A stretch of 20,000 bases of DNA from an uncultured virus (IMG/VR IMGVR_UViG_3300041955_000566) (IMGVR_UViG_3300041955_000566), one strand, 5' to 3'. Positions 7,522-15,967 are shown, counted from the stretch's first letter. A program made the numbers and translations. The notes: generated from the sequence alone by a model not told the origin.

Positions 7522-7881
7522 ATGGCAAGCCTGATAAAAACATTCAGCGGTACCGGCGACTTTGACGCCATGAGAGACGCAGAGGACTTTTTGAAGCTCG
7601 CTGGCTTTTCTGTCGCCAGCAATCAGCGCGGTGCGCCTCGCGGCATCATGTTCGGAGACTACGCGATCTCAAAATGGCGCAACTTACGCGAGATCGAACG
7701 CCAGAGCCTTCATGGTCAGATGACTGGCGACATGCGATCTGGACCTGTGCGCGTCGAGATTTTCGAGAACGCGCCGCAGGAAGGGAAGTTGGAATTTCAC
7801 AAGACCGCGATAGCACTTCAACTCGCACAAACAATAAGGGCCGCCATTATGACAATCAACAAATATGACCGCCATGACTGA
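7522..7881 (+). CDS. Cassette 10, phage hypothetical (reads through R10)
   Basis: ATG after R9; 119-aa ORF. Confidence 0.8.
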   Translation: MASLIKTFSGTGDFDAMRDAEDFLKLAGFSVASNQRGAPRGIMFGDYAISKWRNLREIERQSLHGQMTGDMRSGPVRVEIFENAPQEGKLEFHKTAIALQLAQTIRAAIMTINKYDRHD

Positions 7882-8227
7882 TCTTTTTGAATATGGCGAG
7901 GCTATCCGTCGGCGTAATGAGGGCATGACGCTGGCAGCTTCTCACTCTCCGTCTTTCGGAGAAGCGGCTTATATTGCACTCATTGCTCTGGCGCAGCGGA
8001 AAGAGTTTATTCATATCGATGATTTTTTGCGCGCTTTTCCAGAACGTCCCAATAGTCCTAATGCGATGGGTTCAGTCTGGCAGCGTGCAATAAAAAACAA
8101 AATCATCAAACATTCAGGGCGAGTAGCGCCTTGCAGGACAGAAGCAAAGAAACATGCCCATCAATATCCGATCTATTGTTCTCTAATTTTTAAACCGATT
8201 ACGGAGACTTCAACATGGTACAAATAG
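7865..8227 (+). CDS. Phage hypothetical protein (start 7865 or 7874)
   Basis: 120-aa ORF continuing the plus-strand operon. Confidence 0.75.
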   Translation: MTAMTDLFEYGEAIRRRNEGMTLAASHSPSFGEAAYIALIALAQRKEFIHIDDFLRAFPERPNSPNAMGSVWQRAIKNKIIKHSGRVAPCRTEAKKHAHQYPIYCSLIFKPITETSTWYK

Positions 8228-8526
8228 TCTATCCTTCCGAAAACATTAGTTCACTACATTCAATAACTCGCTATGAAATAACTCGGCATGAATGCAAGAC
8301 CTGTCGTGGCTGGTTCATCAGCCAACGCACGGACTTTGGCGATGTTCCTTATTGAGTCCGATGTAGAGCTGGCTGTGAAGGCATCATGGTGCCAACTTCT
8401 GTTTCGCAGTCTGCCATTCCGATGTTTGAATGGTATTGTCCAGACAGATCCGAACGTGATGCGCTTCCGAAATTCACGCGCTGGGCTGTCGATGATGGCT
8501 TGCTTCTTCTGCGTCCGCTAACTTAG
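8215..8526 (+). pseudogene. Cys-containing phage protein with one in-frame TGA at 8353-8355
   Basis: GGAG RBS; reads MVQIVYP...HECKTCRGWF...DVPY*VRCRAGCEG...EWYCP...GLLLLRPLT and exactly fills the gap to the convergent gene. Confidence 0.6.
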
Positions 8527-8723
8527 CTTCCGCGCTTTCCTGGAAATGGTGATGGCAGACCACGACGTTTGCCACGTTTGGCTGCCGGAGGCAGCCTGAC
8601 GCCGTCAAATCGTCTCTGGCGCTCGGCATGCAGGACCGGCAGGAAAATTACCTTGGCGGTCTCCGGATTGAGAACTAGAGGCATCCTGCAGCGATGTGGA
8701 AGCCTGACTATATTGTCGGTCAT
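8523..8723 (-). CDS. Hypothetical basic protein
   Basis: MTDNIVRLP...; ATGA overlap with upstream gene. Confidence 0.55.
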   Translation of the reverse strand: MTDNIVRLPHRCRMPLVLNPETAKVIFLPVLHAERQRRFDGVRLPPAAKRGKRRGLPSPFPGKRGS

Positions 8724-9463
8724 ATCAGTCTCGCCGGTTCCGGTGATATCCACTTCTTGGCGTCGGCCTGGATCTGTTCGTAAACTACGGGATGCTGCGC
8801 CTTGAAGTTTGGAAATCGTGGTCCGCGAGTATATCGCCCATCGGTTACGACAAGCCAGCCCTGTCCTGGAGCGATCCAGCGGCGGTGATCGATACCGTGA
8901 TGCTTGAAGTCCTGGCGGGTGACATGACCTCGGCGTTCAAGAGTCACCGCAATTTTTATCGCTTTGATTTTCCAGTCGGTGAGCTGCAGTGGAGCTGATG
9001 CTCCGGCGGCGACATCGGGAACATATTCTGGCAGATCATGGCGTTTGTCATGGGCCAACTCAAACCACTCCTGACGCCATCCCGCTTTCATCGTCGGAAG
9101 ATTGGGATCGAAGACGTTATGCCTGTAGATATATTTTTCGTCGGATCCAGGTGCTGTCACTCGGATGATGGTCAATCCGGCATAAGCGCAGATTTTATCA
9201 AAGCCTCTGGCATCGCCCCAAGGAACCAAAACAGCCCGGCAGTCCGGTCCTGTGGTGTGAACCCACTCGCTCTCGATGGCCTGGTTGATGACGTCCGTAC
9301 TCAGTTTTAGCTTGGCCTGAATTCCGATTTGAAATCCGTCATCCTTGCGAACCAGAAGGATATCCCAGCCAGCCGTCTCGTTATACGCGGTCCAATCATT
9401 GCCGATCGCCGCAATGAAACGGGCGCAGAGTTCGATCTCAGTTTTGAATGCTTTTGATTTCAT
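8720..9463 (-). CDS. Phage protein with PD-(D/E)xK-like nuclease pattern
   Basis: E...GWDILLV...IGIQAK pattern; 247 aa. Confidence 0.6.
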   Translation of the reverse strand: MKSKAFKTEIELCARFIAAIGNDWTAYNETAGWDILLVRKDDGFQIGIQAKLKLSTDVINQAIESEWVHTTGPDCRAVLVPWGDARGFDKICAYAGLTIIRVTAPGSDEKYIYRHNVFDPNLPTMKAGWRQEWFELAHDKRHDLPEYVPDVAAGASAPLQLTDWKIKAIKIAVTLERRGHVTRQDFKHHGIDHRRWIAPGQGWLVVTDGRYTRGPRFPNFKAQHPVVYEQIQADAKKWISPEPARLI

Positions 9464-9750
9464 GAATCACGCAGAAATTTGGCCGTCATCGGATCATACA
9501 ACGGAAATACCGCTGTAACCAGTTCATGCGCAGAAATGCCGACAGCCTTGGACCATGCCGCGTAGAGATCGGGAGGCAGCCGGCAGGCACCGCCTTCAAC
9601 CTGCGAGACGAAGGTATAATGCTTGAACTTGAGCTTGGCCGCGAGATCGCGCTGGGAGAGCCCAGCATTGTGACGATACTTCGCCAGAATATGGCCGGCT
9701 TGGCGCCGCAGTTTAACATTGCCTTTTGTTTTGCGCGTCGAGAAATACAT
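9460..9750 (-). CDS. XRE-family HTH transcriptional regulator
   Basis: RHNAGLSQRDLAAKL...VSQVEGG. Confidence 0.85.
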   Translation of the reverse strand: MYFSTRKTKGNVKLRRQAGHILAKYRHNAGLSQRDLAAKLKFKHYTFVSQVEGGACRLPPDLYAAWSKAVGISAHELVTAVFPLYDPMTAKFLRDS

Positions 9751-10388
9751 TATCCTATCCTTATAAAAAACCGAGCGATGTCAGATGAAACATTAAGATC
9801 GTCTCGCTTGAACTTATACTTTCCGATGATTTCCAATGCCAACTTGCGCATTTCTTCGGCCATCTTCGCATTCGAGATCGCGACTTCGATGTTATCGATC
9901 TGACGTTCTAGTGAACGTTCGATAGGACGCTCCTTATCCTGACTACTGAATCGTTCGGTCATGTCTCGCAGAAAAGCGATAGTTTTATTATGATGCTTGA
10001 TTTCAGCCGCTAACTTATGAAGCTCCTCATCTATCATCGCGCGGAATTCAGCAAACAGATCGCGCCGTCTCGGATCCTTTTCATAAGCAAATCCTGAGTT
10101 GATGTAATCCATCAGGATTGGGCCAATGAATCTTTCGATGACCTGTAAGGCAGCTACGCGACGGTTGTCTGGCTTATCATCCTCGATTGTTCCGGTTCGA
10201 TCGAACTTCTCCCGGCGCACCGGATCCAGCAAACACATCTCGGCCCGACGACTTCGCTGGAATGCATCGACATTGCCGCCAGCATCTGGATGTGTCCGCT
10301 TCGCTGCACGACGGCCAGCCTTCTTGATCTCGGCTGCGGTGGCATCCCTGGATATACCTAATTCTTCATAGGGATCGATGCGTTTCAT
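9750..10388 (-). CDS. J-domain (DnaJ-like) protein
   Basis: DPYEELGISRDATAAEIKKA...THPD...LLDPVRREKFDRTG. Confidence 0.9.
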   Translation of the reverse strand: MKRIDPYEELGISRDATAAEIKKAGRRAAKRTHPDAGGNVDAFQRSRRAEMCLLDPVRREKFDRTGTIEDDKPDNRRVAALQVIERFIGPILMDYINSGFAYEKDPRRRDLFAEFRAMIDEELHKLAAEIKHHNKTIAFLRDMTERFSSQDKERPIERSLERQIDNIEVAISNAKMAEEMRKLALEIIGKYKFKRDDLNVSSDIARFFIRIG

Positions 10389-10392
10389 GGTT

Positions 10393-10608
10393 TCAATAGA
10401 TCTTCACGATTTTGAGCTGCTGAATGATATTCTTGCCGAGGCCACCGACACCAAATATGAAGTTGAGTTCAAAACCGGCATCCTTCGCTTCATCAAGAAC
10501 TTGTAGAATTGGTCCTGCCGCAGCAATGGCCTTCTTTCTAAGCTCCTCGGCGATCTCAGCATCGGGCTTTGTCGGAACCAGTCGTGTAACTTGCTCATTC
10601 ATCATCAA
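10393..10608 (-). CDS. Hypothetical protein
   Basis: ORF tiling the operon with ATGA overlap. Confidence 0.65.
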   Translation of the reverse strand: MMMNEQVTRLVPTKPDAEIAEELRKKAIAAAGPILQVLDEAKDAGFELNFIFGVGGLGKNIIQQLKIVKIY

Positions 10609-10970
10609 TTCCTTTTTTCTGTTAGCGGCGGCTGTTCGAGCTGCGGTGCAACACGCCGATGTTCGGGACCACCCAATTTGATACGGACCAACTTAGCTCT
10701 GGCGAAGTCAGGCTCCCTATAAGGTAGCCCAAGACGCTTGGCCTGCCCTTTGGCGGATGCCTGCGCGAAGGCGACGAAATTCGGCATCGCAATTTGGATC
10801 GCAGCATTCATTCGCATAGCACAACGTCGGCAAAGCTTGAGTCCGAGCACAATGCCGATGTCGTATCGTGGATTGAAAGGTTGATCCACGGCGATCGGCA
10901 TTATGATCTTGGGTACGACCTCAGCCTTTCGGCTGCAATTTCTGCTGTCGCAAATAGTCAATGAATTCAT
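10605..10970 (-). CDS. Hypothetical protein with Cys pairs
   Basis: Start MNSLTICD at 10970 with GGAG RBS and ATGA overlap. Confidence 0.6.
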   Translation of the reverse strand: MNSLTICDSRNCSRKAEVVPKIIMPIAVDQPFNPRYDIGIVLGLKLCRRCAMRMNAAIQIAMPNFVAFAQASAKGQAKRLGLPYREPDFARAKLVRIKLGGPEHRRVAPQLEQPPLTEKRN

Positions 10971-11314
10971 TCCTTGCTCCTGATGATGTTCTCTTGGAGC
11001 CCGAGCAATGTAGCCCATACCTGTTGGTAAACTCGCGCCCGTTCCCATCCTTGATGGTGGTGAACTTCCTCCTTAAAATTCGGGTAGTCGATGTCCATCG
11101 CTATTTTGGCAACGGCGTGGGAGAAGTCCTTGCGACTGGCAAAGGCTCTGAACCGATAATCCGATACGTTCAATTCGAGAATGCGGCTCAATGTCGGAAG
11201 ATAGTTCTGGCGTAATGCAATGAGATCGTTGCGAACTCTGGCGCGGATTGTTAACCGCTTCTCCCTTGGTTTTTGGACAATACTGTAGAATCCCGTTTTT
11301 GCCATCAGCCACAT
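10967..11314 (-). CDS. Conserved hypothetical protein
   Basis: MWLMAKTGFYSIV...IRARV...DYRFRA...DIDYPNFK; GGAGAGAACC RBS. Confidence 0.8.
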   Translation of the reverse strand: MWLMAKTGFYSIVQKPREKRLTIRARVRNDLIALRQNYLPTLSRILELNVSDYRFRAFASRKDFSHAVAKIAMDIDYPNFKEEVHHHQGWERARVYQQVWATLLGLQENIIRSKE

Positions 11315-11403
11315 TCGGTTCTCTCCCCTGTTCTGAGTATAGTGGACTTGAGGCAAGTTTGCGAGTAGATTCTTTTTCCCTGTGTAAATGTAAGGAGAGA
11401 ACC

Positions 11404-11862
11404 ATGTTGGATTCGCCCCGCGAAACTGTCCAACGGATGTCGAAGCAGCAGAGAGATTCCCTTATCGATCATGCTAATGGCCCGCAGCCAATTGTGATAG
11501 GACCAGATTCCGCAACGAGATCATCACTCATCGCCCGTGGTCTACTCAGATATGAAACACATAATCGCTGGAAGTCACCGACGCACCGCACCGTTCTTAC
11601 TGAGTTCGGCCGCGAAGTTCTTTGCATGGTGCTCGGCGATTATGCCGATGCTTTGGTCCGGACCAATTGTCTTGCTGAGATGCCGGAAATAGCATTGATG
11701 CGTCCGCGACCAGAACGCACGGCGATATGCGGAACGGAAACTGAGCAGGCACTCCTCGAAGCTTGGCGTGGCGAGAGAGCCATTAGCAAAATATTAACTC
11801 GCACCGCTTATGGTCCATTTCATGCTGGACCAAATACTCAAAAAGCCGCTCCAAAAATCTGA
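11404..11862 (+). CDS. Hypothetical protein, winged-helix-like
   Basis: AAGGAGAGAACC-ATG start; SLIARGLL...LTEFGREVL. Confidence 0.7.
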   Translation: MLDSPRETVQRMSKQQRDSLIDHANGPQPIVIGPDSATRSSLIARGLLRYETHNRWKSPTHRTVLTEFGREVLCMVLGDYADALVRTNCLAEMPEIALMRPRPERTAICGTETEQALLEAWRGERAISKILTRTAYGPFHAGPNTQKAAPKI

Positions 11863-11984
11863 CCGTATACTTCCCTGCGGCTGTCGGCTCTGCGGTTGCG
11901 TCTGCCCCGATCACGCCGTTTTGCGCGGCACCGATTTGTGCGAATTCCACCGGGTAGAATTGGCCCAATCCACAGAATTTCATA

Positions 11985-12085
11985 TTTTTAGCTCATATCC
12001 TATTGATATAACTCATTATTTTATGAGCATAATTCGCTGGACATTTCCATAATAATGAGCAAATGATGCATTATGTTTACTATAC
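11985..12085. promoter_or_regulatory. AT-rich promoter/operator region
   Basis: Four CTCAT/ATGAG half-sites; CTCATTAT/ATAATGAG inverted pair. Confidence 0.45.
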
Positions 12086-12102
12086 AAAACCGGAGAGAAC
12101 CA

Positions 12103-12450
12103 ATGGCCATTATTCCTAGATTTGAATCCGCCGCCGAGAACTGTGTCGCTTTCGCTGAAGAGCCGCAGGATTGTTCTATCTCATCCGGCAATAAAATCTT
12201 TACCGCAGCGATCCTGGCCGAACCGGCGGATGCCTGTCGGCTTCTGCAGCAGTCGCTCGGTATCGAGCACTGCGATGCCATGCAGATCGATGTCCCCAGT
12301 CGACGCGAATGGATGCGGGCTGGTGTCGGGCGTCGCCTGCAGATGCTGGCGGATTGGCTGCATACCGCTGCGTTCGTTCTTGTCGACCGCACCGAGACTC
12401 CGGTCGAAGGGCATTACCCGATGGACTTCTCGCTTCGGACCAACGATTGA
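12103..12450 (+). CDS. Hypothetical protein
   Basis: GGAGAGAACCA-ATG start. Confidence 0.7.
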   Translation: MAIIPRFESAAENCVAFAEEPQDCSISSGNKIFTAAILAEPADACRLLQQSLGIEHCDAMQIDVPSRREWMRAGVGRRLQMLADWLHTAAFVLVDRTETPVEGHYPMDFSLRTND

Positions 12451-12550
12451 CCATACCGGCCTGCCGGCCACAGCAATGTGGTGCAGCAGCCCGGTGCGGT
12501 TCTCGCACTAACAGGCCGGCTAGTACCCGGTCCAAATAGGAGTAACTTTC

Positions 12551-13666
12551 ATGACTACATTAATGCAGGCCAGCCATCAATGGGCTACCCGTCCGGATGA
12601 CGAACGCTTCACTTCGCTTGACGACATGGTGGCGCATTTCAATCGCATCAAAAACGAATCCTGCGAGGTCATCGTGCCATCGCGGCGCATCCATGTTCTG
12701 CCACAACCTGACCACAAGGGCCTCGAAATCGTCGGTCCCAATGGTCATCCCTATGTCCCCACTCACTGGTCGTTTGGTCAGATCGCTTCGCTGGCGGAAG
12801 CGCCAGCTGGTTATCTGCGTACCATGCCGGCCGAAATCGCGGCCGACTGCATTAATTACGGTCTGCAGTTCAAGCGGAGCATTGAGGACGTCGGTGTTCT
12901 TCTTCATAAAACCGCCGATAATGTTCCGGCTGAATTGCCGGGCAGCGTCAATACTATGCGTGCGGCGACTGGACCGAATTATGGCCGGGTGTGGAATCAA
13001 GAGATTGTTTCGACACTGCAGCATCGCTTCGGTGATGGTGTCACCGGCGATTAGCGAGTTCCTGGTGAGTTCGGCAAAGCAGTGAAGGTCACCAAAGCCA
13101 ACACAACCTTGTTCGCATCGGACCGGGATATGTTTGTCTTCCTGGCCGATGAAGTGAATCGTATCGAGTTGCCCGGTCGTCGCGCCGGCATGATGGGCAC
13201 CTTTGCCCGTGGTTTCTTCACTTGGAACAGCGAGGTCGGCAGCAAGACGCTCGGTATCGCCAGCTTTCTGTTTGATTATACCTGCTGCAACCGTATCGTG
13301 TGGGATGTCCAAGGGTTCAAGGAAATCACTATCCGCCACACCGCATCGGCTCCCGACAAATGGCTCGATGAGGTCACACCAGTTCTGAAAGCTTACTCAC
13401 AGGGCAACAGTGCTCCCGTGATCGATGCCATCAAAGCGGCGCAAGCCAAGCGCATCGATGATGTCGAGAAGTTTCTCGGCGAGCGCTTCAGCAAACGGAT
13501 GGCACAACCCATGATGGCGCTGCATCAAGTCGAAGAGCAACGCCAGATAGAGACATTGTGGGATGCTGCCACGGCGGCGACCGCTTACGCCCGGTCGATT
13601 GAGCATCAAGATGCCCGCGTCGATCTCGAACGCAAGGCTGGGGCAGTTCTCGCGCTCGCTGCCTAA
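12551..13666 (+). pseudogene. DUF932-like protein split by a single in-frame TAG at 13052-13054
   Basis: ORFs 12551-13054 and 13082-13666 share a frame: GDGVTGD*RVPGEFG; motifs ASDRDMFVFL, RGFFTWNSEVG, C.NRIVW, IRHT. Confidence 0.75.
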
Positions 13667-13676
13667 TCATTACATC

Positions 13677-13710
13677 GCGCGGTACCCCGGATAGGGTACC
13701 GCGCCTTTAT
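13677..13710 (+). terminator. Probable intrinsic terminator
   Basis: 11-bp perfect stem GCGCGGTACCC/GGGTACCGCGC followed by CTTTAT. Confidence 0.7.
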
Positions 13711-13736
13711 CTAGGTTCAAATAGGAGAGAACCAAA

Positions 13737-14924
13737 ATGGCTAAGAACGAAATCAAAACCGAACCAAAAGGCATCCATTTAACCAATGGAGCCCTAGACG
13801 AAATCGCTACATCGCGTGGTCAACAGATCGTGCTGCGCGGTGTCATCGATCCGGCTTCGCTATCACTACTGAAGGTCGATGAGTACCAGCGTGAACCGCT
13901 GCCGCTGTCGGCTCTGGCAAAGCTTTGGCAGGCACTGCGTGATGGTGAAAGCCTTCCCGATATCGAACTTGCCATGCGGTCGACCAACTTCGAATCCGTG
14001 AAAGGGACCGATGAATTCTGGCTGCCAGCGGATAAGGTCTACATTATCGACGGTCAGCAACGCCGCAATGCCGCAATGCATATTCTGTCCATCATGCCAA
14101 ACCTCCCGGTTCGGCTCGGTGCAATGATTCATTTCGGTACTACACGGGAATGGGAACGGGATCGATTCAAAATTCTAAATCTTGAACGGTCTCGGGTTTC
14201 ACCAAACGTGTTGCTACGGAATATGCGGCATCAAAGTGCTGCAGTCCTGACACTTTATGGTATCTGCCATAATGAACCGAAGTTCGCGCTGTTCGAGCGG
14301 GTCTGCTGGAAGCAGAGCCGGTCGCAAGATGAACTCATCACTGCCCGCACATTGGCAACTATTGCTGGTGTCCTGCATCTACACCGTTCGCCGGGGTATC
14401 GACATTCCCTCAATGATCTCGTCCCGGCACTTGATCGCCAAGCAAAGTTCGTGAAGCTGCAGCAATGGCGCCAGAATATCATCTACTTTTTTGATCTCAT
14501 CGATGAGTGCTGGGGCATCCGGCAGATCAGCATGCGCGAACTCAGTCTACAAATCCGGACTGCATTCCTGATCCAAGTCGCCTTGGTTCTTTCGGATCAC
14601 TGTAATTTCTGGCGCGGTGATCATGAAACCGAACTTTATGTCGAGCAGGAATGGCGGAAGCGTTTTCGGACGTTTCCGCTTCATGATCCCGCTGTTGTGC
14701 AAATCATTAGCTCTGCCGGTGCCGGTTACGGTTCCATCGGTGGCAGCGGCATGCAGTCGATGTTGTATTCTCTACTGCGTGACCATCTCAATAAGGGCCT
14801 GTCGACCAATCGTCTCCATAACCGCAAAGATGAACAGGCCGCAAAGGCCAATCCATCGTTCGCTGATCCGGTTCCCGGCATGAACGACGTCGACGACGAG
14901 GAGTTTGAAACCCCGGAGCACTGA
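13737..14924 (+). CDS. DGQHR/ParB-Srx-like domain protein
   Basis: VDEYQR and YIIDGQQR motifs; strong RBS. Confidence 0.75.
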   Translation: MAKNEIKTEPKGIHLTNGALDEIATSRGQQIVLRGVIDPASLSLLKVDEYQREPLPLSALAKLWQALRDGESLPDIELAMRSTNFESVKGTDEFWLPADKVYIIDGQQRRNAAMHILSIMPNLPVRLGAMIHFGTTREWERDRFKILNLERSRVSPNVLLRNMRHQSAAVLTLYGICHNEPKFALFERVCWKQSRSQDELITARTLATIAGVLHLHRSPGYRHSLNDLVPALDRQAKFVKLQQWRQNIIYFFDLIDECWGIRQISMRELSLQIRTAFLIQVALVLSDHCNFWRGDHETELYVEQEWRKRFRTFPLHDPAVVQIISSAGAGYGSIGGSGMQSMLYSLLRDHLNKGLSTNRLHNRKDEQAAKANPSFADPVPGMNDVDDEEFETPEH

Positions 14925-14925
14925 G

Positions 14926-15525
14926 GTGAAACAATCTATAGGCCCGAAAGAACTGGCACAACGCGAACTGCAAAAAAATAAACTGTCCCGCGCGCACCAG
15001 ATGATGATCGAGGACGGTTGCCCCGAGAAATTCCTTCGGACCGGTTCTGGCCCGAAGATAAAACGGCCAAATGCGAGCAGTGGTGTCGCCCTGGCACCAC
15101 CACTTGCGGTGCAGAAAGCGATTGCTGCCGATCTTGAGGATGATGAGGTCTCGACACCACCACTTCAGGAATTCCAAGCGGTCGCGAAGTTAAGAGAAAA
15201 AGTAAAACAAACAACTGCGCCGGTACTTCCGGTGACAGAACCAGCAAAGGAGAGAGCCATGAAGAAGGCCAAAACCAAAAAAACCAAATCGAAGAAGGTA
15301 GCAGCGAAGGCGAAGATCGAAGGTGCCGTCCGCGCCGGCAGTAAATTGGAAATCGTTTCCGGACTCCTGCAGCGACCGGAAGGCTGCACCGCTGCGGAGA
15401 TTCTCGCAGCATGTGGCTGGCCTTCCGTGTCAGTTCCGGCAATGGCGAAGGCTGCAGGGCTCGTGCTGTCGAAGGAAAAGGACGGCAAGGTCTCCCGTTA
15501 TCACGGTGTGCCGGCTGCGGCCTAA
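14926..15525 (+). CDS. DUF3489-like protein (alternative internal start 15259)
   Basis: RAGSKLEIVSGLLQRPEGCTAAEILAACGW; Lys/Ala-rich linker. Confidence 0.7.
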   Translation: MKQSIGPKELAQRELQKNKLSRAHQMMIEDGCPEKFLRTGSGPKIKRPNASSGVALAPPLAVQKAIAADLEDDEVSTPPLQEFQAVAKLREKVKQTTAPVLPVTEPAKERAMKKAKTKKTKSKKVAAKAKIEGAVRAGSKLEIVSGLLQRPEGCTAAEILAACGWPSVSVPAMAKAAGLVLSKEKDGKVSRYHGVPAAA

Positions 15526-15570
15526 TACGTCAGTTTCTCAATTAGGCGGTTACTGGTGCGTTTATCGGAG

Positions 15571-15595
15571 GGGGCGGCTCTTGGGCCGCCCCTTT
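15571..15595. terminator. GC hairpin between convergent genes
   Basis: GGGGCGGC/GCCGCCCC stem followed by TTT. Confidence 0.65.
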
Positions 15596-15601
15596 CCCTG
15601 T

Positions 15602-15931
15602 TCAGGCTGTCTTTAAGCGCCGGTATTCGACTGGTCGCCCTTCGCGGCCAGCTCGATCGATGCCTTTTCGCATCCCTTCGCTGATCCCGTGGTCCTCATA
15701 AACGATCGTTGCTTCGGCGACGCGACCCCAAGCCAGCCCGGCTTCGATGCCGGCTCGGCGTTCCTCCGGCTTGGCATCATCGAGTATTCCCGGCCACAAG
15801 AGATGGCTCGCTATCGGGCTCTCCGATCTCCGCAGGCTGTCCAGCATGCACTGCTTTGCGTACCTTACGTTTGCGTCCGTTTCCTCTGGTGTCCGCCCGC
15901 GGAAAGGTGATTCCAAAATCACAAGTCGCAT
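15602..15931 (-). CDS. Phage protein, nucleoside deoxyribosyltransferase-like fold (DUF7768/DUF4406-like)
   Basis: VILESPFRG, PIASHLL, LDD..PEER..GI, GISEGM motifs. Confidence 0.7.
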   Translation of the reverse strand: MRLVILESPFRGRTPEETDANVRYAKQCMLDSLRRSESPIASHLLWPGILDDAKPEERRAGIEAGLAWGRVAEATIVYEDHGISEGMRKGIDRAGREGRPVEYRRLKTA

Positions 15932-15967
15932 CTAAATGCCCCACCTTTTGGTTTCTGTCGGTCCCAT

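Larger units (their letters stand above)
5648..7842 (+). repeat. Ten interspersed direct repeats, consensus AACAATAGAGGCC(RC), at cassette junctions
   Basis: Copies start at 5648, 6070, 6323, 6538, 6788, 6974, 7171, 7383, 7503, 7830. Confidence 0.92.

Noticed and set aside
5648..7842. CRISPR array
   Set aside because: Repeats are only about 13 bp, spacers are 100-420 bp and mostly whole genes, and no cas genes are present
5648..7842. Classical integron attC sites (AAC at gene ends resembles RYYYAAC)
   Set aside because: No matching GTTRRRY, no long palindrome, and the enzyme is a serine recombinase rather than IntI
11810..12052. Cys-rich ORF
   Set aside because: Overlaps the upstream gene, lacks a clear RBS and runs into the operator region; cannot be supported, though not excluded
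12448..12535. Hammerhead ribozyme
   Set aside because: Three stems are present but the CUGANGA and GAAA core is absent
8353..13054. Stop-codon reassignment
   Set aside because: The two internal stops differ (TGA and TAG), and both codons end many genes normally in this window
12560..13339. Long antisense ORF (259 aa) and similar shadow ORFs over the MTase and recombinase
   Set aside because: Opposite well-supported genes, with no recognisable motifs
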